Shown one piece after another: positions 19,830-27,774 of a stretch of DNA of 64,000 bases (positions within the stretch are counted from its first letter, which is position 1; each line of letters begins with the position of its first letter). This DNA is from a virus: positions 1 to 64,000 of IMG/VR virus record IMGVR_UViG_3300025141_000055. The stretch is one strand, 5' to 3'. A program made the translations under genes and the position numbers. The notes under the pieces were generated by a model. It was not told the origin of the DNA. It was given only the letters and a program-made list of their open reading frames with translations, and searched no databases.

Positions 19830-19977
19830 TAAAATGCCAGCTGAGGTTTTGGCGAACTTTCAAAAAGATCGTGACAACACCAAAGCTCCGAGTGGCGACG
19901 AATTAACTGGTAGAGCCAAGTCCGCCACTCGCAAACGTGCCTTGGCTAAGGCGCGTAAGGTAAAGCAGGCAAAATAG
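19822..19977 (+). CDS. Small basic protein (51 aa)
   Basis: Manually translated: MASKMPAEVLANFQKD...RKRALAKARKVKQAK. Confidence 0.5.
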   Translation: MASKMPAEVLANFQKDRDNTKAPSGDELTGRAKSATRKRALAKARKVKQAK

Positions 19978-20006
19978 TCTCTTAGGAACATCCTCACTCA
20001 ACGAAT

Positions 20007-22247
20007 ATGTCATCGGCCTCCGAAACACGATCTCAGTTTACCGAAATTCTGGAGGCCGCCCGCACTCAGGATCGGAGCAACCAATCCTCCACGATGGTGG
20101 TGTTGAGTCACCTTCAGCAGATGACTCTTTTGATGATCAAGAAAGGGTTAACTTTTTATTGTGATCAGGATACTTATAGAAGCCGCACTTCTTTCCTAAA
20201 TGATGTTATTGCCCTCAATAAACTAGATATTCGCTTTCCCGCGATAATTAGAAATTATCTTATTGATGGGTGCGGGCTTTTTTATTTTCGGCCTGACCCG
20301 AAGCTTAAGTATCAAATTTACTTCTTTACCAAAAACCAATATAGGGTTTATCACGATGTTAATGGCAATGTTGAAGAAGTTGTCATTCTTTATAGCTATA
20401 AAGTCAAACAAGGAGGGTTGGGCCTCCCAAGTAATAGCTTTGGACAGAATAAACGCTATGTTCGCTTAACAATTACGGCTGACGAGATTAGTGAGATAGA
20501 GACTGATACGGAATTAAGCTTTGATCTTGAACCAGGCGCAGGTATTATGCCCGGGAGTAGAAAACCTAATAGCTTAGGGTTTATTCCGGCGGTCGAGGTT
20601 CTCAATAAGCCTAATGCGAGTGGGACAGAGGGCGAAGGTGAGTTTGATCCGTTTATGGAACAAATTGTTCTTCATAATCAACTAACGAAGAATATTGCTA
20701 AAAATATTGAATTCTTTGGTAACCCTACCCTTATTAGTTCCCGTCCTCGGAGTGATTTAGTCGAAGCTAATGATACACAGAGTACTTTCCGCCCAACGAT
20801 TAGTAGTCAGAGTGGATTCTCCGGGTTAGATCAACCATCTACACGAGTTGCCGAGCCTTTTGGGGCCGGCATGGGTAGTGGCTTGAGGGTACCTCGCATA
20901 ATTGCCAATGTGGAGCCTTCTGACCGAGTTGGTTATATGACTCCCGATCCCGTAAACGGGGATATGAATAGGTATACCTTATTGCTACGGGAAGAAATCC
21001 GAACCGCGTTAGGCGGCGTGGATGAGATATCTATCTCTGCGGGTGCGACCGCCACGGAAATTAAAGGCTTAATGGGTAGAGCCCAAGCCACGGCTCTTCG
21101 AAAGAATAAAAGTTTTCTTTCTTATGGGTTTAATCGACTTTTAGAGATGATGCTTTATCACCAAGAGGTGATTTTCCGCGACTCTTTTATTATGGCTACC
21201 GATATGAAGGAGCCTAAACCACCGGAAGAGCAAACCGAAGAGTCCATAGAGAAATACCAGCGTGCGGTCTTTAAGTTTGAGGCCAAGTTAGACGCAGGTA
21301 TGAAGACGGCCTTAGCGGAGAATAAAGTCCCCCGGGGGGTTGTGGGGCTCCCTGAGGATGGTGATCGGGAAGTTGAGTACCGTTATCAAGGGGATGTTTA
21401 TGAGGACACAGCCTATGACATCAATCAAAAATCTATTGTGGTGAGGAACTTACAAGAACTTGGGGTAGATAGTATTGAAGCCCTTAAGTTTCTTTTCCCA
21501 GAGAAGACAGACTCTGAACGAGCAGAGATGTTGAAAGGATTTCCATTTCGTATGGTGCAGCAAACACAGTCTGCAATGCAACAATTCCTGGTATTATTAA
21601 CTCAGATGTTGCAGTCTCCGCATCCTCTTGCGCCTAATCAACCCCTTGCGGCTGATCCTAGACTAAACATCACTCCGCTCCTATATAGGACATTCGATCA
21701 CTTAGCGGAAGAATTAACTTACTCAGGTAGCTATGAGCCAGCAGATCCAAGTTTCGACCCAGAGCCAGGACTCCCAGGCGGCACCGGCGCCGGTAGCTTC
21801 GGATCCACAGGTCTCAACAACCGCCTATCCCCAGTGGGTGGCACAAGCAGCTACCCCGGTGGTAGCTTCGGCACCTACGCAGCCCTTGCCACCCCAGGTG
21901 ACTCCGGCTACGGCCCCTTCTATCAGCGCCCCGTCCAGCCTGTCAACGTCGCCATCGACCCCGTCCAATCCATGGGAGTCGGCGATGGGCTCCTTAGAGA
22001 GGATAATCGGGCAGGTGAACTCGCAGTCCCTCAGCCAGGGTCTACAGTCGCCCTCGACAGGGCCGGTCCAACCCGTTACAACACAGCCCAGTCAGCCTTC
22101 ACAGGTCCAGCCTTGGGCTTACCAGGTGCCCCAGGTAGCCCCGACATTAACTACCAACGTCTTACCGACCCAGACTGGCTCTCAAACTTCTACGGCGACC
22201 CAACCGAAGGAAAGCGGTCTAACAAACGTAAGCAGAGACGTAGTTAA
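20007..22247 (+). CDS. Portal protein
   Basis: Size and position between terL and the scaffold/MCP; SLGFIPAVEV, G.GEFDP, ATATEI motifs typical of portals. Confidence 0.8.
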   Translation: MSSASETRSQFTEILEAARTQDRSNQSSTMVVLSHLQQMTLLMIKKGLTFYCDQDTYRSRTSFLNDVIALNKLDIRFPAIIRNYLIDGCGLFYFRPDPKLKYQIYFFTKNQYRVYHDVNGNVEEVVILYSYKVKQGGLGLPSNSFGQNKRYVRLTITADEISEIETDTELSFDLEPGAGIMPGSRKPNSLGFIPAVEVLNKPNASGTEGEGEFDPFMEQIVLHNQLTKNIAKNIEFFGNPTLISSRPRSDLVEANDTQSTFRPTISSQSGFSGLDQPSTRVAEPFGAGMGSGLRVPRIIANVEPSDRVGYMTPDPVNGDMNRYTLLLREEIRTALGGVDEISISAGATATEIKGLMGRAQATALRKNKSFLSYGFNRLLEMMLYHQEVIFRDSFIMATDMKEPKPPEEQTEESIEKYQRAVFKFEAKLDAGMKTALAENKVPRGVVGLPEDGDREVEYRYQGDVYEDTAYDINQKSIVVRNLQELGVDSIEALKFLFPEKTDSERAEMLKGFPFRMVQQTQSAMQQFLVLLTQMLQSPHPLAPNQPLAADPRLNITPLLYRTFDHLAEELTYSGSYEPADPSFDPEPGLPGGTGAGSFGSTGLNNRLSPVGGTSSYPGGSFGTYAALATPGDSGYGPFYQRPVQPVNVAIDPVQSMGVGDGLLREDNRAGELAVPQPGSTVALDRAGPTRYNTAQSAFTGPALGLPGAPGSPDINYQRLTDPDWLSNFYGDPTEGKRSNKRKQRRS

Positions 22248-22695
22248 TCATTTTGGTATAGAAGCTCCCGGTATTCTTAATCAGTATTCATGTGCTCTCG
22301 AGGACATGTTGATTGAGAACGCTGGCAAGTTGGATCAGTTATCGCAGCGTTCTTCTGCAATGGAGACAATCCTAACTAATCCTGATCACCTCGCTAACTA
22401 CACTGATAAGTTCTTTACTGACATTGTCCCAGTGGATATTGATGGTACCGCCGGTGTAGCTCATGAAGCTGCCCAAGCTCCTCTTCCTCAACAGCCTGCT
22501 CAGGAATATCAGCCTACGTATGATATGCCTGCTGTACCTGCTGCTGGGGGTGGACAGATTGCTAACAACCCCGCCCATACTTGGGAACATTTCGGGAACG
22601 TCATGGATAGGTCCCCCCAGAATGCATGGAAGTATTTGAGTCAAATGAGCCCAGAGGCCATGCGTAGCAAGCTTCTCTTTATGGATGGAGCTTGA
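21733..22695 (+). CDS. Capsid scaffolding protein (putative)
   Basis: Q/P/S/T-rich disordered N-half, central coiled coil, short C-terminal helix; upstream of MCP and followed by a terminator. Confidence 0.65.
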   Translation: MSQQIQVSTQSQDSQAAPAPVASDPQVSTTAYPQWVAQAATPVVASAPTQPLPPQVTPATAPSISAPSSLSTSPSTPSNPWESAMGSLERIIGQVNSQSLSQGLQSPSTGPVQPVTTQPSQPSQVQPWAYQVPQVAPTLTTNVLPTQTGSQTSTATQPKESGLTNVSRDVVNHFGIEAPGILNQYSCALEDMLIENAGKLDQLSQRSSAMETILTNPDHLANYTDKFFTDIVPVDIDGTAGVAHEAAQAPLPQQPAQEYQPTYDMPAVPAAGGGQIANNPAHTWEHFGNVMDRSPQNAWKYLSQMSPEAMRSKLLFMDGA

Positions 22696-22715
22696 TAAGA
22701 ATTTAAAACCTCCTT

Positions 22716-22746
22716 ACCCTCCTCTCTAAAGGGGAGGGTTTTTTTT
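22716..22746 (+). terminator. Rho-independent terminator
   Basis: ACCCTCCTCT-CTAA-AGGGGAGGGT stem followed by a T run. Confidence 0.85.
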
Positions 22747-22769
22747 GCTAGGCTATAAATGGTTACTTA

Positions 22770-22952
22770 GTGATTATGAAAGCTCTCGGCACTCTTAGAC
22801 GTAAACCAGCTATTGAGAAGGATACTTCTTCGAGTAGCTCCAGCTCTGACAATAGTTCGTCTTCGTCTTCGTCTTCGTCTCCCTCCTCTTCTTCTTCCTC
22901 TTCATCAGCCTCCTCTTCATCATCTGGTTCGAGTAGTGATGTTAATCTCTAG
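22770..22952 (+). CDS. Small poly-Ser protein
   Basis: Basic N-terminus then about 30 Ser encoded by mixed codons. Confidence 0.4.
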   Translation: MIMKALGTLRRKPAIEKDTSSSSSSSDNSSSSSSSSSPSSSSSSSSASSSSSGSSSDVNL

Positions 22953-23087
22953 TAATTTATGGTGATATCCCCTCATCAAATCAAGTCCTCTTGGTATTAC
23001 ATCTTCTGGGGGCTGATGTCTTTAGCAGTGGTGGGCGGACAGTTATATGTGGGCTTAGGTTATCGAATGATGGCTAAAGCTCTTTTA

Positions 23088-23321
23088 TCAATTTCTTTGT
23101 AGGCTTACTTGATCGAGTTTATTCTCGATTCTAATCATGTGAGCTTCCATCCGATCGAGAGCAGCCGTTAGTTCACCACGTGGTACATATTTTTCCGCCA
23201 CTCTTACTTCTATGCGATCAATTCGCGAATCCATATCAGATATACGGGTGTTAGCGCGGCTAAACATAGCTGCTAGTGCTGTTAAGGACGCAAGAGAAAC
23301 AGCAACCGTCGCTTCAACCAT
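23088..23321 (-). CDS. Small membrane-anchored coiled-coil protein
   Basis: N-terminal TM; RIDRIEVRVAEKYV...RIENKLD pattern common in phages, often near lysis genes. Confidence 0.65.
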   Translation of the reverse strand: MVEATVAVSLASLTALAAMFSRANTRISDMDSRIDRIEVRVAEKYVPRGELTAALDRMEAHMIRIENKLDQVSLQRN

Positions 23322-23395
23322 TAGAAAACACTCTCCCTCTTTTTAATTTTAGTCTAGAAAGAAGGTGGGTAAAATAGAGAAAAAAGAGGAAAGCT

Positions 23396-24226
23396 ATGGC
23401 GGGACCTTCGATAGCTCAAACTAATTGGAGGTACGACGAAAGCGTCTACCACAAGATTCAATCCGGACCTCAACGGACTGGAAGCAATCTTGATCTGACC
23501 GATACCTATATTGTGATTTCGAGTGGCTACACGCCACCTTCCGGGATATGGCCCCAACAATCTTTTTATGGGGTAAATGATCTGGGAGCTGACTTCGGTA
23601 AATATCCCATCGTTACGAACATTAGTGGCTTTCTGGATAAGGATTGGCGTTTTGTTCCTCCCCCCACCTCAGGGTACTGGACAAATTATGAGGGCTCTGA
23701 TATTCGGGGCTCGGGTTTACTCAGTGCTTACGAAGGGTTTAGGTACAGCTCTAATGTCCACACTGCTAACGCGAATGTACAAGGAGCCCTCGGACCTCAG
23801 CCAGGTCTAAAAGAGATTGGGGCTTATACCTGGTTTGGTTCTAATGTTCCCGATAATCAGAACTACTCCCCTTTCAATACACCCGAGGGCAATACCAGTG
23901 CTTCCGACGGGGGAGGTATTACAGGAGGGCCTGGAACTTACGAGAGGGTTAAGACCCCTATGCTTACTAATCCCACGCAGGATGCGTCAGGGGATAGAGC
24001 AGCGTGGCGATACAACTATCCCGTTTATTGCAAAACATATGCTGAAGCATCGCGATCCACTAAACCCGGACAGATGGCAACAGTCACACGTGATAGTTAT
24101 CGGGGTAGATCTACGCGTTATGTAATGAATTACGGTTCTATGTATGGCAAGTTAGGGGAAGGTATAAGGAACATAGTGCGCTCCTATAGCACTACAGTTA
24201 ATAGTTCAAACCAAAAAGGGGTGTAA
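23396..24226 (+). CDS. Probable virion structural protein
   Basis: G/S/T/Y-rich, seven SG motifs, immediately upstream of MCP. Confidence 0.6.
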   Translation: MAGPSIAQTNWRYDESVYHKIQSGPQRTGSNLDLTDTYIVISSGYTPPSGIWPQQSFYGVNDLGADFGKYPIVTNISGFLDKDWRFVPPPTSGYWTNYEGSDIRGSGLLSAYEGFRYSSNVHTANANVQGALGPQPGLKEIGAYTWFGSNVPDNQNYSPFNTPEGNTSASDGGGITGGPGTYERVKTPMLTNPTQDASGDRAAWRYNYPVYCKTYAEASRSTKPGQMATVTRDSYRGRSTRYVMNYGSMYGKLGEGIRNIVRSYSTTVNSSNQKGV

Positions 24227-24308
24227 CCGCTATTAACGCGACACCACACAGTTAATATACCTAGACAAAGCCTAGAATTGTCCCTGTAGTTTCTTTGGAA
24301 TCTTATCT

Positions 24309-25424
24309 GTGTTCATAGATAATGATTTTCCCAAGATTCTTGGTGCCGAGTTGTATCGTCCGCACCCGGCGTATATCGTCGAAATGGCAGCTGAGCCTGT
24401 AGTCGTTCACGACTTTGCGAAGCAACCAGGACAGACAGTACAACTTGATCGTTATCGTTTCTTCGGTAACCCTGGCTCCAAAGAATCTCGTGAGCGAACT
24501 GCTGAGCAGACCATCGGTACTGCAAACAGTCGCAATATAGTCAAGGACAAAGTGCTCGTGACACTTCGCGAGTATACTGGTCCTGCGGATCCTAGTGATC
24601 CCACCCAGCCCAGTACATTTAAAATTGCTCGGGAGACCTTAATCACCGCGCAGCGTTTGCTGCTCGACACAGGTAACTTAAATACCTTCCATCAGTCAAT
24701 AGGTAGTTTGACCCTACTTGATGACTATCGTAGATGGCGTGACCGGGTGTTCATTAATGAGCTTCTCAAGGCAGTATCTAAGGGTCAATCCTCAGATAGC
24801 CAAGGAGGTTATTACTTCCCTGGTGGACTAGCCACAGGTGCTCTCACCTATACCAACGCTGAACAGGCCAAATTCGACGTTAAGGACGATCTCCTTAGCG
24901 TGGTCAAGAGTCTCAGGAAGCGTAACACACCAACTTTCCAAGACGGTTTTTATCGCTGCGTTTGCGATCCAACTTTCTTGATGCATTTGCGTCAGAACAG
25001 CGACTTCCGCGAGGTTGCTCGTTATCCTGGCAATGGGCAGATCAATCCACTCATGTCTGGTATGCAGCCTAACGCTGCTATCTACATGGGCCAGGGCTTC
25101 GGACAGGCTACTTTTGTAGCAGGCGAGCCCATCATGCCGACAGGCTTTGTGTTTGAAGGAGTCCGCTTCTTCGAAAGCACAAACATGCCTTCTCAGACTC
25201 AAGCTGCAACTATCGCTGGTTCCGCCACCGATTACAATGCAGCTATCGGTATGTTCTTTGGTCCCCAAAGTTGTGGAGTAGGCATCGGAGGCAACAATGC
25301 CCAGGTGCTACTTAACAACAATGACGACTTCAGCCGCTTCATCATGATGATTTGGAGCCTCTATGCAGGTTTCGAACTTCTGAACGCTGACTTCGCCACA
25401 ATTGCCTACTCATTCGACGCTTGA
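24309..25424 (+). CDS. Major capsid protein
   Basis: 371 aa; HDF.KQPGQTVQLDRY N-terminal motif, FEGVRFFES, C-terminal W..YAGF; biased codon usage; downstream of the scaffold. Confidence 0.88.
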   Translation: MFIDNDFPKILGAELYRPHPAYIVEMAAEPVVVHDFAKQPGQTVQLDRYRFFGNPGSKESRERTAEQTIGTANSRNIVKDKVLVTLREYTGPADPSDPTQPSTFKIARETLITAQRLLLDTGNLNTFHQSIGSLTLLDDYRRWRDRVFINELLKAVSKGQSSDSQGGYYFPGGLATGALTYTNAEQAKFDVKDDLLSVVKSLRKRNTPTFQDGFYRCVCDPTFLMHLRQNSDFREVARYPGNGQINPLMSGMQPNAAIYMGQGFGQATFVAGEPIMPTGFVFEGVRFFESTNMPSQTQAATIAGSATDYNAAIGMFFGPQSCGVGIGGNNAQVLLNNNDDFSRFIMMIWSLYAGFELLNADFATIAYSFDA

Positions 25425-25438
25425 GGAGGTAACTAATT

Positions 25439-26314
25439 ATGGCAATTAATTCTAATCAGTTGCAGGTTGCCAAGATCTATCCTGGTAACTATGCCAACGT
25501 TCTGCGTTACTGGCACACTACGCAAACCATTCAATACAAAAACGCGAATGGTGTAGAGACAAGCATGACCAACCAGCCAGTTGGTGGTCCTGTAGGTGTT
25601 GTATTCCGTCCTGGTTGGATTGCTCAACAGGCAATCGGCTACGTAGACATGAGCTATCAAGCTCTAGGGTCTACAAACCAGTTGAGCTACTACACCACTC
25701 CTTATGGTTCTGGTCAGAATGATGACCAACAGCCATTCCTTAATGCATCAGTAATTATTCCTTCTCCTGATTTCCATAAGGATGTCAGAGCAGATATTAC
25801 TGACGCTATTACGGTTCCTGCTAATGCACTTGTTTACCGTGCTTCCCTCCGTCTGAGCGGTGGTGACTTGGTAAGTAGTGGTGTTGCAGGTGCAGATACT
25901 ACTCCTGAGTTGACTCTTGTTCCTGCTATGGGTGAAGGTCTTTTTGACTCTTCCACCGTGGTTTCAGGTCAGTTCGGTGTATCTCTAACTGGTGCTACTA
26001 GCCGTATTCCTAACGGAACTGTTAACAGCACAAATATCTGGGATTCAAGCAGCTTGTCTGCTTTGAGTGCTGCTACTCAGTGGAAACTGTTTACCACCGT
26101 CGATCTCGGCGGTGCCTCAGCTTCCGGTTTGGCTCAAGGCTCAGGTGTTTATGACCCTCGTGCTGGAGTCAACAAGCTATCTGGTGATGACAAAGCCCTC
26201 GCAATTTGTGAGGTTTGCTGGCTTATTGCCGATGCGCCTCCTGAGCGTCAGGATGTTGCTCTTCAGCCTGATGGCATTGTGGAGTCTCAGACCTATACCT
26301 CAACTACTCCTTGA
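25439..26314 (+). CDS. Capsid decoration/minor capsid protein
   Basis: GAGGAGG RBS directly after MCP, similar codon bias, followed by a strong terminator. Confidence 0.65.
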   Translation: MAINSNQLQVAKIYPGNYANVLRYWHTTQTIQYKNANGVETSMTNQPVGGPVGVVFRPGWIAQQAIGYVDMSYQALGSTNQLSYYTTPYGSGQNDDQQPFLNASVIIPSPDFHKDVRADITDAITVPANALVYRASLRLSGGDLVSSGVAGADTTPELTLVPAMGEGLFDSSTVVSGQFGVSLTGATSRIPNGTVNSTNIWDSSSLSALSAATQWKLFTTVDLGGASASGLAQGSGVYDPRAGVNKLSGDDKALAICEVCWLIADAPPERQDVALQPDGIVESQTYTSTTP

Positions 26315-26333
26315 TAATCATCGAGTAAAAGTT

Positions 26334-26361
26334 AAAGCCCTCTCTTCGGAGAGGGTTTTTT
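26334..26361 (+). terminator. Rho-independent terminator with UUCG tetraloop
   Basis: AAAGCCCTCTC-TTCG-GAGAGGGTTTTTT. Confidence 0.9.
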
Positions 26362-26377
26362 CATGGCCTGGTGCACT

Positions 26378-26395
26378 GTTACATTCCTTTATAAT
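26378..26395 (+). promoter_or_regulatory. HLR1-like (RpaB) direct repeat overlapping a TATAAT -10 box
   Basis: GTTACATT-CC-TTTATAAT versus consensus (G/T)TTACA(T/A)(T/A)nn(G/T)TTACA(T/A)(T/A), one mismatch; TATAAT at 26390-26395. Confidence 0.55.
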
Positions 26396-26422
26396 GCCTT
26401 TGTGGGTTTCCCACTTTTTATA

Positions 26423-26456
26423 CCCCAAACCGAGACCACGGGGGAAAGTCTCTCAT
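26423..26456 (+). ncRNA. PhotoRC-like cis-regulatory RNA (pseudoknot leader)
   Basis: CCCCAAACCGAGACCACGGGGGAAAGTCTCTCAT: GAGAC/GTCTC stem with CCCC pairing to the loop GGGG; resembles leaders recalled upstream of cyanophage psbA/hli genes. Confidence 0.5.
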
Positions 26457-26482
26457 CTTACAAGTACAACCGCTCTAAGATA

Positions 26483-26557
26483 ATGGAGTTCTTCCTTATT
26501 CTCGCTGCTCTCAGTGGTGCTGCATATGGTGCATATCGGATGACTCCTAAAAATTGA
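26483..26557 (+). CDS. 24-aa single-TM peptide
   Basis: MEFFLILAALSGAAYGAYRMTPKN; has its own promoter, leader and terminator. Confidence 0.6.
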   Translation: MEFFLILAALSGAAYGAYRMTPKN

Positions 26558-26562
26558 ATAAT

Positions 26563-26594
26563 AAAAGGGACCCTTTACTCAGGAGGGTCCTTTT
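26563..26594 (+). terminator. Bidirectional-type terminator
   Basis: AAAAGGGACCCTT...GGAGGGTCCTTTT. Confidence 0.8.
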
Positions 26595-26628
26595 CCTTTA
26601 AACTACTGTTTATATACTGTCTTTTCAC

Positions 26629-27099
26629 ATGACCACTACCACAATGGAAACCACCTCTTATTGCTATAAACCCAGTGGGGTAAAGGTAGAAGTAATCTCT
26701 ATCCATGACGATGGGGACTACTTTATGGTGAGGTCCAGCACCAGTGGGAAGGTCTTCTTTGCTCATAAAGATCAGGTAGGTCCCATAGTCGAGGAACAGG
26801 TGGAACCCGTAAATAAGGTGAGCACCCGCAGGAACCGCCGTCACGTTAAACAAGAGCCTAAGGCTCAAAAGGTAATTAAACCCATCCCCCCTGTGGATAA
26901 CCGCATTAACTTAAATACCCTTACAGAACAGGGCTTAACACAATGCTTACCAGGCGTGGGTAGTAAAACTGCTAAAGAGATTATTGAGTTACGTCAGAAT
27001 CTCCCTGGGGAAAAATTCACCAAGCTCGAACAATTAGAGGCTATTAAGAGGGTTGATTGGGTAGAAGTTTTTGCTACAGGCTCAGTGTACGTAGAATAG
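26629..27099 (+). CDS. Helix-hairpin-helix (ComEA-like) DNA-binding protein
   Basis: INLNT.....L.QCLPGVGSKTAKEIIELR....F..LEQL..I. Confidence 0.8.
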   Translation: MTTTTMETTSYCYKPSGVKVEVISIHDDGDYFMVRSSTSGKVFFAHKDQVGPIVEEQVEPVNKVSTRRNRRHVKQEPKAQKVIKPIPPVDNRINLNTLTEQGLTQCLPGVGSKTAKEIIELRQNLPGEKFTKLEQLEAIKRVDWVEVFATGSVYVE

Positions 27100-27123
27100 A
27101 AGAATAAAAGGGTTTTTTAGCTT

Positions 27124-27744
27124 GTGGCCCAACTAACGGAAAGTGAACTTCAGCAGATCCAATCGTATCTAGCTCAACAGGGTGTCGTTTTTAATGCCAC
27201 TCAGACTGACGCTACAAAGCGAGAGATTGTTTATGCGGCAGTTAATCAGTTAACTCGAAACCCTGCTCAGGTTTTTGGGTACGCCCTAGATGATTATAAT
27301 TTCAGCCGGGTGGCGTATCATCTAGGGTATAACATTGCTACAGTCCCAGCCGGGGATTATGCTCGTTTACTCGAAGCTTGTAATAGTGTTCCGAGCGAAT
27401 TTTATTATGACAAAATTGTTCAACAGATTGAAAGATGTGAGGATGCTGAGCGTCTCACAGAATTAGCCACAGGGCGCGCCACGAGTAGGCAAGAGACGAT
27501 TTTAGGTGATGTTTCACGATCTATTAATATTCAGGACAAGCGGGAGACTGCGAGGATATGGCGTGAGAACTACATGTATGAATGTGATCGTCTAGCGCAT
27601 ATGCTCTATGTAGCGAACTATAGAGATCCAGTAGTATCACGTTATAGATTTGAAAGGTCTGGAGGAGAGTTTATACAGGCCATACCAGGCCCTCCAGACG
27701 TGTCTCGTGCCGATCGTCTCTACTTTTGGGCTAATTGGAGATAG
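27124..27744 (+). CDS. Putative head-tail adaptor/neck protein
   Basis: Helical protein after the capsid genes; RVAYHLGY motif; function inferred from synteny. Confidence 0.5.
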   Translation: MAQLTESELQQIQSYLAQQGVVFNATQTDATKREIVYAAVNQLTRNPAQVFGYALDDYNFSRVAYHLGYNIATVPAGDYARLLEACNSVPSEFYYDKIVQQIERCEDAERLTELATGRATSRQETILGDVSRSINIQDKRETARIWRENYMYECDRLAHMLYVANYRDPVVSRYRFERSGGEFIQAIPGPPDVSRADRLYFWANWR

Positions 27745-27774
27745 ACTAGGTTTATTAGTTAACCCTAAAGTCTA

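Noticed and set aside
22767-22950. Poly-acidic ORF on the minus strand
   Set aside because: It is the antisense of the poly-Ser ORF and has no start codon after the upstream stop.
24313-25660. Antisense ORFs over the capsid genes (likewise over the primase, SSB and fibre genes)
   Set aside because: Shadow frames expected from codon bias; no protein-like motifs.
26483-26557. High-light-inducible protein (hli)
   Set aside because: Lacks the ExxNGRxAM chlorophyll-binding motif and is too short.
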